Source: Candidatus Sumerlaeota bacterium
Lineage (GTDB): Bacteria; Bacillota; SLNR01
Direction of reading: 5' to 3'
Assembly: GCA_007132905.1 (NCBI GenBank)
Contig: SLNR01000020.1
Coordinates: forward strand, 5,859-69,858
DNA length: 64,000 bases
The notes under the pieces are model-generated. The model was not told the DNA's origin. It saw only the letters and a program-made list of their open reading frames with translations, and did not search any database. A program made the translations under genes and the position numbers. Positions 38,918-48,498 of this stretch are shown piece by piece; within the stretch, counting starts at the first letter, position 1, and every line of letters starts with the position of its first letter.

Positions 38918-40234
38918 ATGTTAGAAACAGCATTGAACGCCATGGCACAGCAGTATCTGGATCTGACTCTTTGCAAGAGTCGTTGTGATGAGTCAGATAT
39001 TCAGTGGTACACTGAAGGACCTTTTTGGCGAAGAACAAACATGCGCTTTTCCCGGGAGTACAAAATTCTGCCTGACTACGAAATTGGTGATATGAAACAC
39101 GGAAAGACTTTGGAGGACGTTCTGGATGAATGCACCCATTTAAAAGCAAATCTAAAGTTGTATAAGGAGACTGCTCGACCCGATGAAATGCAGCGCATCG
39201 ATTACATCATTGATCATGTGGTTAACCTCCACACTCGAACCAGGCTGCTTTTAGGCGAGAAAATACCTTATAACACCATGACCGATCTTATGTACGGTCT
39301 GGTGGCACCGGCCTATGAACTCAAGCAATTTGATGATATTCTCGGCGAAATGGAGCAGGCGCTGCCCGGCAGCGGATCCGTTCAAGACAAAATCGCCAGG
39401 TTCCGGAAAAAGATTACCGTTCCTCCTGAAAAACTTTTGCAAGTTATGACAGACGGTACAAAGGCCTTTCACGATATGTCAATGGAAAATATGACTTTGA
39501 CCGGCAACAGTATGCCGCGGGTAAGGGTTCGAGAGCTGGCCGATCCCAAAATGGAGTTTCTTTCTATTTTGTTCGGATACGATTATAATCACCTTGAATA
39601 CGAACGTAATTTCAATCTTTTGTTCAATTGGACTGTGGATCATATTGTTGAATGCATCGGACATGAAATGGAACCGGGGCACCTGACCTATTATGAAAAG
39701 AGAATACAGACCTATATCGATACAGGCTGGCCGGAAATGGCGGTCGTCTCCTTGTATTCTTCTTCATCTGCCTTTACGGAAGGATCGGGGCGTTATGTGA
39801 TTGATATGTGTTTTGATCATTCCATGGACAAGAAAGTAGATTTTGAACGGGAATATATATTTAAAAAGGCCGATCTAGATATGGGCTTAGTTGAATTGAT
39901 GCCCTTATGGCATCAATTCAGCGAGATGACCGGTTACGGCAAGCTAGAAGCGTCTCGCCGGCTGTGGGACGGAGAGTGGTCTTTAGAAGAAGCTTTGGCG
40001 TTTTTGAAGCAGTATGGGTTTGTAGACAAAGATACTCAGACAGCGGATATTGAAAAAATGGCTTGCGATATGGGCCACTTCACATCCCACGAACACGCCC
40101 GAGATGTGGTAAAAGAATATTTCCGCTCTGTAACCTCCTCTGTTGAGGAAGAATGGCGCCTTTATGAAAAGCTTTGCTGCGCGCATATGTCTATGCGAGG
40201 GATGCAGGACAAAACTTACCGTATCGATTTCTGA
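38918..40234 (+). CDS. DUF885-like putative zinc metallopeptidase
   Basis: HEMEPGH followed ~35 aa later by TEGSGRY, resembling DUF885 HExxPGH...EGWxxY; RBS GGGAGGG. Confidence 0.6.
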   Translation: MLETALNAMAQQYLDLTLCKSRCDESDIQWYTEGPFWRRTNMRFSREYKILPDYEIGDMKHGKTLEDVLDECTHLKANLKLYKETARPDEMQRIDYIIDHVVNLHTRTRLLLGEKIPYNTMTDLMYGLVAPAYELKQFDDILGEMEQALPGSGSVQDKIARFRKKITVPPEKLLQVMTDGTKAFHDMSMENMTLTGNSMPRVRVRELADPKMEFLSILFGYDYNHLEYERNFNLLFNWTVDHIVECIGHEMEPGHLTYYEKRIQTYIDTGWPEMAVVSLYSSSSAFTEGSGRYVIDMCFDHSMDKKVDFEREYIFKKADLDMGLVELMPLWHQFSEMTGYGKLEASRRLWDGEWSLEEALAFLKQYGFVDKDTQTADIEKMACDMGHFTSHEHARDVVKEYFRSVTSSVEEEWRLYEKLCCAHMSMRGMQDKTYRIDF

Positions 40235-40281
40235 TTTTTTTCTTTCGAGTGCGATCAAAGAAGAAAACCTTAATAGCAAAG

Positions 40282-40407
40282 TGACCTGCTTCTGTCAAGT
40301 GGAAGTAAAAAAAAGATAAACCTCTGACACCAATCATGTAACTATGGTTGGTGTTGTTTTCCAGTTGCTGAACTAAAAAAGAGTGCCCTTACTAAGGGGT
40401 CTATTCA
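40282..40407. mobile_element. Possible internally deleted IS3-family remnant (ends only)
   Basis: TG...CA ends: TGACCTGCTTCTGTCAAGTGGA and (reverse complement) TGAATAGACCCCTTAGTAAGGGCAC, resembling Bacillota IS3/IS150 termini; no clear target duplication. Confidence 0.35.
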
Positions 40408-40545
40408 GTTTGACCTTTTCAAATATCGAGGCTCATATTGTCATGAGCAATCTATTCGATCTGCCGCTTTTTGGCTTTTAAGCACTGCAAATACTTTTGT
40501 GTCGGTCCTCTTAAAATCTTCTGACAGGGCGGTTTTTTAAACCTG

Positions 40546-40711
40546 TTATGAGGACTTATATTTCATGAGCGAAAAGGTCTTGCCGGACAGATCTGCTTGG
40601 CTTAATCCTTTAATATTCCGAAGTTGTTCGACTTCCGACTGAGTCATGTTGAAGATTTTCTCTCTCATAGGTGATATTTTATCAGAATAAATTTGACGTG
40701 ACATTATCACA
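40546..40711 (-). pseudogene. Possible decayed ISNCY/IS1202-like transposase 5' end with TGT terminus
   Basis: Minus strand begins TGTGATAATGTCA; 40-aa ORF 40668-40546 MREKIFNMTQSEVEQLRNIKGLSQ... with out-of-frame PHN. Confidence 0.35.
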
Positions 40712-40739
40712 GAATAACTACAAAAGATGGCCTTCGCCC

Positions 40740-40768
40740 TTGACAGAACCGGATTTTATGATTATACT
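40740..40768 (+). promoter_or_regulatory. Sigma-A promoter of ylxM-ffh
   Basis: TTGACA-N17-TATACT. Confidence 0.8.
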
Positions 40769-40808
40769 TTATCCTGTGAAGGTATAAAGCTTTACAGGGG
40801 CTGGTCTA

Positions 40809-41195
40809 ATGCTTGACAAGGTGGTCAGGTTGAACCAATTATACGACTGGTATAGCCCGCTGTTGACAGATAAACAGCGGGATGTTTTTGAGCTTTATTA
40901 CCACCATAATTTATCACTGGCAGAAATCGCCGAAAATCATGGAATAAGTCGTTCAGCAGTAAGAGATGCTTTGCTGCGTACCGAGAAGAGGTTGGAGACA
41001 TTTGAAAATAAACTTGGTCTTGCCGAAAAGCAAGCCAAGTCAGAAGAGATTATTGAAAACATGCAGCAAAACAGGCTTTTGCTTGGTCCGGAGGAACTAG
41101 ATCGAAAAACACAAGAAATTATTCATAAGCTTCAAGAAATGCTAAATGTTGTCAATGATGTCTGGACTTCTGAAGAAAACAGGAGGGGATCGTAA
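40809..41195 (+). CDS. ylxM: YlxM family SRP-associated protein
   Basis: LYDWYSPLLTDKQ..YY..NLSLAEIAE..ISR.AV.D; overlaps ffh start. Confidence 0.94.
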   Translation: MLDKVVRLNQLYDWYSPLLTDKQRDVFELYYHHNLSLAEIAENHGISRSAVRDALLRTEKRLETFENKLGLAEKQAKSEEIIENMQQNRLLLGPEELDRKTQEIIHKLQEMLNVVNDVWTSEENRRGS

Positions 41196-42538
41196 TGCTG
41201 TTTCAAGGCCTAGCTGATAGGCTTCAAGATACACTGCAAAAGTTAAGGGGAAAAGGGCGATTAACAGAAAAAGACGTTTCCCAGGCTCTCAGAGAAGTCA
41301 GAATGGCTTTGCTGGAGGCCGATGTAAATTTTAATGTAGCCAAGGACTTTGTTGCCCGGATCAAAGAACGGGCCGTGGGCGAGGAAGTGCTGACAAGCTT
41401 GACTCCCGGACAGCAGGTTGTCAAAATTGTACACGAGGAGTTAACCGAGCTTTTAGGCAAAGAAGAAGCGAAAATTTCAACTGCATCAAATCCACCGACC
41501 ATCATCATGCTGGTCGGACTACAAGGTTCAGGGAAAACAACGACGGCAGGAAAGCTTGCCGCTCATTTGCGCCGCCAGGGGAAGAAACCACTTTTGGTGG
41601 CGGCGGATGTTTACCGGCCGGCGGCCGTAAAACAACTTGCCGTACTAGGCGAGCAGCTCGATATTCCTGTTTTTGATATGGGTACTTCGGCTTCGCCCGT
41701 GGACATCGTTGCGGGCGCTAAAGGCCAGGCTGGAAAATACGGGCAGGACACTTTGATTGTGGATACCGCCGGACGGCTTCATATAGACGAAGAACTGATG
41801 GGCGAGCTTAAAGAAATTAAGAGCAAGGCCAAACCACAAGAGATTCTTTTGGTGGTGGACGCCATGACAGGACAAGATGCGGTTAAAATAGCCGAGAGCT
41901 TTCATGAGTCTTTAGGCATTGACGGTTTAATTATGACAAAGATGGATGGAGATACGCGGGGTGGAGCTGCTCTTTCCGCCAAATCAGTAACCGGCCGGCC
42001 CATTAAGTTCGCCGGAACGGGCGAAAAGCTTGATGCGTTTGAAGTATTTCATCCGGAAAGAGTTGCGTCGCGCATATTGGGCATGGGAGATATGCTGACT
42101 CTCATTGAAAAAGCGGAAGCAACGGTAGATAAAGATAAAGCCAAAGAAATGGAAAAGAAAATTCGAGAAGCCGATTTTACCCTGGAAGATTTTTTTGATC
42201 AGCTTAAACAAGTGAAGAATATGGGGTCATTTGATGAACTGATGGGCATGATTCCCGGAATGGAAAAGATCAAAAAAATCCAAGGAGCTGCCGTTGACGA
42301 AAAAGAAATGGGCAAGGTCGAAGCGATTATTAGCTCAATGACCATTGAAGAGAGAAGGGAACCTTCCCTTATTGGGGGCAGCCGCCGCAAAAGAATTGCC
42401 AAAGGCAGCGGCACGAAAGTACAGGATGTCAATCGCCTTTTGAAACAGTTTGACGGGATGAAGAAACTTATGAAACAGATGAGCGGACAGAAAAAGCGCG
42501 GCGGAGGAATGGATAAGAATTTACCTTTTCTACAATAG
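41195..42538 (+). CDS. ffh: Signal recognition particle protein
   Basis: GLQGSGKTT, DTAGR, TKMDGDTRGG, RILGMGD, SMT..ER, SRRKRIA.GSG. Confidence 0.98.
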   Translation: MLFQGLADRLQDTLQKLRGKGRLTEKDVSQALREVRMALLEADVNFNVAKDFVARIKERAVGEEVLTSLTPGQQVVKIVHEELTELLGKEEAKISTASNPPTIIMLVGLQGSGKTTTAGKLAAHLRRQGKKPLLVAADVYRPAAVKQLAVLGEQLDIPVFDMGTSASPVDIVAGAKGQAGKYGQDTLIVDTAGRLHIDEELMGELKEIKSKAKPQEILLVVDAMTGQDAVKIAESFHESLGIDGLIMTKMDGDTRGGAALSAKSVTGRPIKFAGTGEKLDAFEVFHPERVASRILGMGDMLTLIEKAEATVDKDKAKEMEKKIREADFTLEDFFDQLKQVKNMGSFDELMGMIPGMEKIKKIQGAAVDEKEMGKVEAIISSMTIEERREPSLIGGSRRKRIAKGSGTKVQDVNRLLKQFDGMKKLMKQMSGQKKRGGGMDKNLPFLQ

Positions 42539-42573
42539 GCAAGCAAGAGTAAGATATGAAGGGAGGTGAAAAC

Positions 42574-42843
42574 ATGGCAGTTCGCATTCGTTTAAAAAGA
42601 GTAGGGGCTAGAAAAAAACCTCATTTTCGGGTAGTAGTAGCCGACTCTCGTTTTCCTAGGGACGGTCGTTTTATCGAAGAACTTGGTTATTATAAACCGG
42701 CTTCTATCCCGGCGGAAATAAAGATCGATGAAGACAAAGCGATCCAGTGGCTTAACGAAGGAGCACAACCTTCTGACACGGTAAAATCATTGTTTAGAAA
42801 AATTGGTTTAGGAGCGCAGGAGAAAGAGAGCAGCGAGGAGTAG
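42574..42843 (+). CDS. rpsP: 30S ribosomal protein S16
   Basis: [28 protein letters not shown]. Confidence 0.97.
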   Translation: MAVRIRLKRVGARKKPHFRVVVADSRFPRDGRFIEELGYYKPASIPAEIKIDEDKAIQWLNEGAQPSDTVKSLFRKIGLGAQEKESSEE

Positions 42844-42874
42844 AAGGCTTGATGTAATGGTGGGAGGTGTGACC

Positions 42875-43120
42875 ATGGAAAGGTTGGTTGAAGTAATAGC
42901 GAAAGCCTTGGTGGATCAGCCAGAAGAGGTAAAGGTCTGCTCAGAAGAGGATGATAGAGCAATCATCTTGAAATTGCGGGTTGACAAAGAAGACATGGGC
43001 AAAGTCATCGGCAAACAAGGAAGAATTGCCAAAGCAATGAGAACGGTGGTTAATGCCGCCGGTGCGAACACAAAAAAAAGGGTTATTGTCGATATTGATC
43101 ATGAAGAAGAAGCATCCTGA
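42875..43120 (+). CDS. khpA: KH-domain RNA-binding protein
   Basis: LVDQPEEV, DMGKVIGKQGRIAKAMRT. Confidence 0.95.
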   Translation: MERLVEVIAKALVDQPEEVKVCSEEDDRAIILKLRVDKEDMGKVIGKQGRIAKAMRTVVNAAGANTKKRVIVDIDHEEEAS

Positions 43121-43161
43121 TTTTCTTTCGACCATGACTTATCAAACGGCAGGTGGGAAGA

Positions 43162-43671
43162 TTGAGTGAGGACTTCTTAACCGTGGGATTGGTTGTTTCT
43201 GTTTGGGGGAACCGGGGAGAAGTGAAGGTTCTTCCGTTGACAGATTTTTTAGACCGTTTTTATCTATTAGAGAATATTATTTGGGAAAAAGACGGATACC
43301 GAATTGATTTGGCCGTAAAATCCGTTCGCCAGCATAAAAAGATGATTCTTCTTGCCTTAGCAGGATATGATTCCCCTGAAGAAGCAAAAAAACTGTCGCA
43401 AGGCTATCTTAAAATTCCTATCGAAGAGCGTATCAAACTGCCCGAGGGAGAGTACTATCACTTCGAAATAATCGGGATGGAAGTTTTTGATATCAATGAC
43501 AAGCGTGTCGGTGTCATCGATGACATCATCCAAACGGGAAGCAATGATGTGTATGTGGTTCGAAGGGAAGGGGAAAAAGATCTGCTCCTGCCGGCTTTAA
43601 GAAGCGTGGTTGTAAGTATAGACAAAGATAAGAATCGTCTTACAGCACATATTCCAGAAGGGCTGGATTGA
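43162..43671 (+). CDS. rimM: Ribosome maturation factor RimM
   Basis: [31 protein letters not shown]; start 43162 or 43153. Confidence 0.95.
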   Translation: MSEDFLTVGLVVSVWGNRGEVKVLPLTDFLDRFYLLENIIWEKDGYRIDLAVKSVRQHKKMILLALAGYDSPEEAKKLSQGYLKIPIEERIKLPEGEYYHFEIIGMEVFDINDKRVGVIDDIIQTGSNDVYVVRREGEKDLLLPALRSVVVSIDKDKNRLTAHIPEGLD

Positions 43672-43693
43672 GCAAGAAAAGGAAGGACAGGAT

Positions 43694-44461
43694 ATGAGTT
43701 TGCATATTGATATACTGACCTTATTTCCGGACATGTTTTCAGGTCCTTTATCCGAGAGCATCCTAAAAAGGGCGCAGGAGAAAGAGCTTTTGTCCTTGAA
43801 AATTACTGATGTTCGCGATTTCTCTCATGATAAGCACCGCACTGCAGATGATTATCCCTTCGGCGGCGGGGCCGGCATGCTGATGAAACCCGAACCCATT
43901 TTTGAAGCAGTTGAACATGTATCAGATTCCCGTAAAGAAAAAACAAAGGATCACCCTCATGTGGTAATGATGTGTCCTCAAGGAAAAGTGCTGGACCAAA
44001 AGGCCGCCCAAAAATTATCAAAGAAGGAGCACCTCATACTCATTTGCGGTCGTTACGAAGGTATTGATGAACGGGTAAGACTTCATCTTGTCGATGAAGA
44101 GGTTTCTATCGGGGATTATGTGCTGAGCGGAGGAGAATTGCCGGCAATGGTTTTGATTGATGCAGTGGCTCGTTTGATACCGGGTGTGGTGGGCGCTTAC
44201 GAATCTGTGGAGGCAGATTCGTTTACCGAGAGTTTGCTTGACTATCCTCAATACACAAGGCCGAGAGAATATCGAGGGTTGGAGGTTCCGGCAGTGCTTT
44301 TATCTGGGGATCATGAGCGGATTCGACGCTGGCGCAGGAAAGAAGCGATACGAAGAACGTATCTTAAGAGGCCCGATCTTCTCAAACGGCATGAGTTTTC
44401 TAAAGAAGACAAGGATTTACTTGAAGAGATCAAAAAGGAAATCGATGACAAGGGCATCTAA
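43694..44461 (+). CDS. trmD: tRNA (m1G37) methyltransferase
   Basis: [43 protein letters not shown]. Confidence 0.97.
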   Translation: MSLHIDILTLFPDMFSGPLSESILKRAQEKELLSLKITDVRDFSHDKHRTADDYPFGGGAGMLMKPEPIFEAVEHVSDSRKEKTKDHPHVVMMCPQGKVLDQKAAQKLSKKEHLILICGRYEGIDERVRLHLVDEEVSIGDYVLSGGELPAMVLIDAVARLIPGVVGAYESVEADSFTESLLDYPQYTRPREYRGLEVPAVLLSGDHERIRRWRRKEAIRRTYLKRPDLLKRHEFSKEDKDLLEEIKKEIDDKGI

Positions 44462-44506
44462 AAACAAAACGAAATTTATGCTTATGGTAAGAAAGGAGGA
44501 GCAGTC

Positions 44507-44848
44507 ATGGATCTTATCAAAACAATAGAGCAAGAGCAAATGAAAAACGACGTACCTGCTTTTCGACCGGGTGACACCGTAAAAGTGCATGTTCGAGTGG
44601 TCGAGGGCGCGCGTGAAAGAATTCAGGTTTTCCAGGGAGTGGTGATTAACCGCCGCGGTGGGGGACTGACAGAGACTTTTAAAGTTCGTCGTGTTTCCTA
44701 TGGAGTCGGTGTTGAAAGGACTTTTCCCATTCACTCACCAAGAATCGAGAAAATCGAAATAGCAAGGCGCGGCGATGTTCGAAGAGCAAAACTTTATTAT
44801 TTAAGGAACTTAAAAGGCAAGGCGGCCCGGATTAAAGAAAAGCGGTAA
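44507..44848 (+). CDS. rplS: 50S ribosomal protein L19
   Basis: [28 protein letters not shown]. Confidence 0.98.
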   Translation: MDLIKTIEQEQMKNDVPAFRPGDTVKVHVRVVEGARERIQVFQGVVINRRGGGLTETFKVRRVSYGVGVERTFPIHSPRIEKIEIARRGDVRRAKLYYLRNLKGKAARIKEKR

Positions 44849-44856
44849 CTTGCAGC

Positions 44857-44884
44857 AGGGGGCTTTTTTGTCCCCTTTCTTTTT
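44857..44884 (+). terminator. Terminator after rplS
   Basis: AGGGGGC...GTCCCCT followed by a T-rich tract. Confidence 0.6.
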
Positions 44885-44936
44885 ATGTCATTAAATTTTA
44901 CCATGGGACAGTTCATAAGAAATGAGGGAAGTCTTG

Positions 44937-45458
44937 ATGGCAAATGATTCTGGCAAAGTGTTCCGTGAAGTTTTTGAAACCATCATAATAGCTTTGGTGC
45001 TGGCATTTCTTGTACGCTCGTTTGTGGTGGAATCCTTTCTTGTGGATGGGCGTTCAATGGAACCGACACTCTATAACAATGAACGTTTGTTTGTGAATAA
45101 ATTCGGCTATCGAATCTCCCCTCCCAAAAGAGGAGACATTATTGTCTTTCAATACCCCAAAGACACCTCAAGAGATTTCATCAAACGGGTCATCGCTTTG
45201 CCCGGCGAGGAAATAGAAATTAAAGACCAATCGGTCTACATCGACGGCGTCTTACTCGAAGAGCCATATGTCGACAAAGGGGATTATGAGCCTCACCCGA
45301 AAGAGGAAATTCCTGAAGGCAAACTTTTTGTCTTGGGGGACAATTATGGAAGCAGTGAAGACAGCCGTTTTTTCGGGCCGGTTCCTTTAAAAAATGTTAA
45401 AGGAAAAGCGTTAGTTGTGTATTGGCCTGTAGCAGATTTACGTATTTTACAGCACTGA
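44937..45458 (+). CDS. lepB: Signal peptidase I
   Basis: SMEPTL, RGDIIVF, IKRVIALPG, GDN...S.DSR.FG. Confidence 0.95.
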   Translation: MANDSGKVFREVFETIIIALVLAFLVRSFVVESFLVDGRSMEPTLYNNERLFVNKFGYRISPPKRGDIIVFQYPKDTSRDFIKRVIALPGEEIEIKDQSVYIDGVLLEEPYVDKGDYEPHPKEEIPEGKLFVLGDNYGSSEDSRFFGPVPLKNVKGKALVVYWPVADLRILQH

Positions 45459-45486
45459 AGTCCCTTAGTAAAAAGGAGTTTAAAGA

Positions 45487-46365
45487 ATGAGCTCTCATTG
45501 GTATCCCGGCCACATGGCCAAAGCAAAGCAGACCATCAAAGAAAATCTAAAAAACGTAGATGTAGTCATTGAAGTACGAGATGCTCGTCTTCCGGATAGT
45601 AGCGGGAATCCAGACATTCACCATCTTCTCAGGGATAAGCCATCGGTGCTGGTTTTAAACAAGGCGGATCTCGCTGACTCCTACCTAACTAAGTTGTGGG
45701 AAAAACACTATGAGCATCAAGGCAGAGAGGTTGCAATTATGAATTCCCTTAAAGGACAGGGAAAAAACAACCTGTTGGAAAAAATAAAAGACATCAGCAG
45801 CAGCAAGTTTTCTGCTATGAAGCTGAAGGGCCGGCGTATGAGAGCGGTTCGATTAATGGTAATCGGGATTCCCAATGTTGGCAAATCACAGCTTATTAAC
45901 TGTTTGGCTAACCGAAAGATGGCGCGGACCGGAGATCGACCGGGAGTGACCCGGGGAAAACAATGGATTCATATTGACCAAAAATTGGCTTTGTTGGATA
46001 TGCCGGGGATATTATGGGCTAGACAAAAAGATCCGCAAGTTCAACAAAAACTAAATATTATCGCTGCTCTTGATAACAAGATGGATGATTTGGAAAAAGC
46101 AGCCATTGACCTGATACAGGTATTAATGAAACTAGAGGCAAAAGAATATCTAAAAAAGTGGACCCATGAAAAAGAAGATGTCTTGCAACCTGAAGAAGTG
46201 CTAAAAGCCATAGGTAAAGACAGAGGTTTTTTAATAGCGGGCGGTAGTGTGGACCTGCACAAAGCAGCGGTGCATTTCATTCGTGATTTTCAAGCTGGCA
46301 AATACGGCAGGATCACCCTGGAAGAACCTCCCCGAGAAGAGGTTAAAAAGGATCAAGAATCTTAA
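45487..46365 (+). CDS. rbgA: Ribosome biogenesis GTPase RbgA/YlqF
   Basis: WYPGHM, DAR.P, NKAD, GIPNVGKS, PGVT, DMPG. Confidence 0.95.
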   Translation: MSSHWYPGHMAKAKQTIKENLKNVDVVIEVRDARLPDSSGNPDIHHLLRDKPSVLVLNKADLADSYLTKLWEKHYEHQGREVAIMNSLKGQGKNNLLEKIKDISSSKFSAMKLKGRRMRAVRLMVIGIPNVGKSQLINCLANRKMARTGDRPGVTRGKQWIHIDQKLALLDMPGILWARQKDPQVQQKLNIIAALDNKMDDLEKAAIDLIQVLMKLEAKEYLKKWTHEKEDVLQPEEVLKAIGKDRGFLIAGGSVDLHKAAVHFIRDFQAGKYGRITLEEPPREEVKKDQES

Positions 46366-46385
46366 AAAAAAAAGCAGGAGGCACT

Positions 46386-46988
46386 ATGAAAAGAAAAGTG
46401 TGCGGGGTGGATGAAGTAGGAAGAGGAGCGGCTGTCGGAAGAATTTTCGCGGCCGCTTGTATTCTTTATGAACACAAGAAAATACCCGATTTAAACGATT
46501 CCAAACAATTGTCACCAAAAAAAAGATTGGCTCTTTCTTCTCTCATTAAGGAAGGAGCTCTTGATTGGCATATCGCAGCGGCGGATCTTCAAGATATCAA
46601 CAAGCTCAATGTTCATTATGCTTCTTTACTGGCCATGAAAAGAGCTACCGAAGGGTTATCATGCGGCCAGCCGATGTTGGTTCTTGCCGACGGACGATAT
46701 TCTCTGGAAGTGGCGTTTGAATGTAAGAATATTGTGGGGGGGGATAAGAAGGTGCCCGCCATCAGTGCTGCCTCGATTCTAGCCAAAGTTGCCCGCGATC
46801 GAGAGATGGAAGATCTTGATTTAGAATATCCACAATTTGGCTGGAAGAAGAATAAAGGGTATCTTACCAAAGAGCATCTTGATGCTTTAATGAAATATGG
46901 TCCGTCTCCTTATCATAGACAAAACTATAAACCCGTAAAAGAGGCAAAAAGAAAGCGAAGCGGTAAACTCAGAGAAAATTCCCAATAA
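46386..46988 (+). CDS. rnhB: Ribonuclease HII
   Basis: GVDEVGRG, DSK.L, DG, GD...ISAASILAKV.RD, KGY.T..H. Confidence 0.95.
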   Translation: MKRKVCGVDEVGRGAAVGRIFAAACILYEHKKIPDLNDSKQLSPKKRLALSSLIKEGALDWHIAAADLQDINKLNVHYASLLAMKRATEGLSCGQPMLVLADGRYSLEVAFECKNIVGGDKKVPAISAASILAKVARDREMEDLDLEYPQFGWKKNKGYLTKEHLDALMKYGPSPYHRQNYKPVKEAKRKRSGKLRENSQ

Positions 46989-47226
46989 ATCCAACGATGA
47001 CATGATGACATAAAGAAGACCGTATGTTTGGCCTATGGACTACTTTTTATAATATTTCTGTAAAAAAAGGAAGCGTAAGAAGGAAAAAGAAACTATTTGT
47101 GAAAATAGTCATTATATATAGAATATAACAACAATTTACTTTTCATTAGTGCGCGTTTACTTTACAAGTGAAATGAAAAGGCGAATCGAAGAGGATTTCA
47201 GGATAATTGATCAGGGGGGATAGGGA

Positions 47227-48009
47227 GTGCAGACGCTGCTGGAGAGGGTGCGACGGATCGGAAAATTAATCTTGCGTTCCTATGGCGACCCGATGGATTT
47301 TGATGAGGCGGCCAGGATCATCGGAGAAGCTATGAACATCAATGTGTATATAGTAAATGGTGATGGCGATGTCCTGGGGGCGGCTTTATCGGAAGATTAT
47401 GATTGTCAGGTCATGGAAGAAATATTAGAAGAAGATCGGAAAATATCTCAAGAATTACTTGAAAAGCTTCTCAAGATAGAAGAGACGGTGACAAATGTAA
47501 GGGAAGAAAATGAAAACTGCATCGTAAGACCTTCCGCCGAATGCCCTTTTGATTATCAGATAAGCACCTATATTCCTATTTCTATTCGAGGAGAAAGGCT
47601 GGGAATTCTCATTTTGACCAGCCTGGACGAACCCTTTAATGAAGATGACTTAATTATTGGAGAATATGGTGCTACTTTGGTTGGTATGGAAATGATTCGA
47701 GCTCGGATAGAACATGCTGAGGAAAATGAAAGAGCTTCTGCCTCGATTGAACTTGTGTTAAGAACTATTTCATATTCTGAGCTGATTGCGATTGAATCGG
47801 TCCTTCAAGAATTAAATGGCGATGAGGGAGTTATTACTGCTGCAAAAGTAGCGGATCAGGCAGGGATTACCCGTTCTGTCATCGTCAATGCGTTGAGAAA
47901 ACTGGAAAGTGCCGGCATTATTAACTCCCGGTCGCTGGGCATGAAAGGGACGTATGTGAAGATTTTAAATGACCAATTGCTTGATGCGATTGAAGAGATG
48001 AGCAAATAA
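47227..48009 (+). CDS. codY: CodY family pleiotropic transcriptional regulator
   Basis: GAF domain plus wHTH AD..GITRSVIVNALRKLESAG.I.SRSLGMKGT. Confidence 0.9.
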   Translation: MQTLLERVRRIGKLILRSYGDPMDFDEAARIIGEAMNINVYIVNGDGDVLGAALSEDYDCQVMEEILEEDRKISQELLEKLLKIEETVTNVREENENCIVRPSAECPFDYQISTYIPISIRGERLGILILTSLDEPFNEDDLIIGEYGATLVGMEMIRARIEHAEENERASASIELVLRTISYSELIAIESVLQELNGDEGVITAAKVADQAGITRSVIVNALRKLESAGIINSRSLGMKGTYVKILNDQLLDAIEEMSK

Positions 48010-48039
48010 GAGTGTCTATGAGCGGTTTACAAAAAGACA

Positions 48040-48086
48040 AACGGGTTCTGATAGAAGATACGACAAAATTAGAGCCTGTTTTTTTT
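48040..48086 (+). terminator. Terminator after codY
   Basis: AACGGGTTCTGAT...ATTAGAGCCTGTT followed by T tract. Confidence 0.5.
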
Positions 48087-48256
48087 GTGTTTTTTAGTAA
48101 AATGGAACAAACAAAACAGAAAATGCCGGGCAGACTTCAAAATTCACGTAAGCTCAAGCAGAGAAATAGAGATGGTTTTTTCAGATGACAGGAAATAGCC
48201 GATAGGCGAAGAAAAAGACAGGCAAGGCAGGCTGATAAGAGGCGAGGGTGGTTTAG

Positions 48257-48481
48257 GTGGGAGAGTTTTTTTTATATGTTACATTTCAATCGGTACACGA
48301 AGCCATGAAAGCCGAAGATGTGTTCCATAAAACGACACTGTCTTTTAAAGTGGTTCCTGTTCCAAGACAGATTAGTTCTCACTGCGGCGTGGCTTTGCTT
48401 TTTTCGGTTAAGGACAAAAAGGACGTGGAAAAGATTGCTGTACAAAAGGGGCTGTCGATTGAAGAGTTTCATGTACTGTAG
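48257..48481 (+). CDS. DUF3343 family protein
   Basis: F.S.H.AM.AE, VPVPRQISSHCG.A. Confidence 0.85.
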   Translation: MGEFFLYVTFQSVHEAMKAEDVFHKTTLSFKVVPVPRQISSHCGVALLFSVKDKKDVEKIAVQKGLSIEEFHVL

Positions 48482-48498
48482 CTAGAGGGGGTTTATCA

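Noticed and set aside
47040..47215. CodY and Rex boxes upstream of codY
   Set aside because: Best matches have 5 or more mismatches to AATTTTCWGAAAATT and 3 to TTGTGAA-N4-TTCACAA, which is background level in AT-rich DNA.
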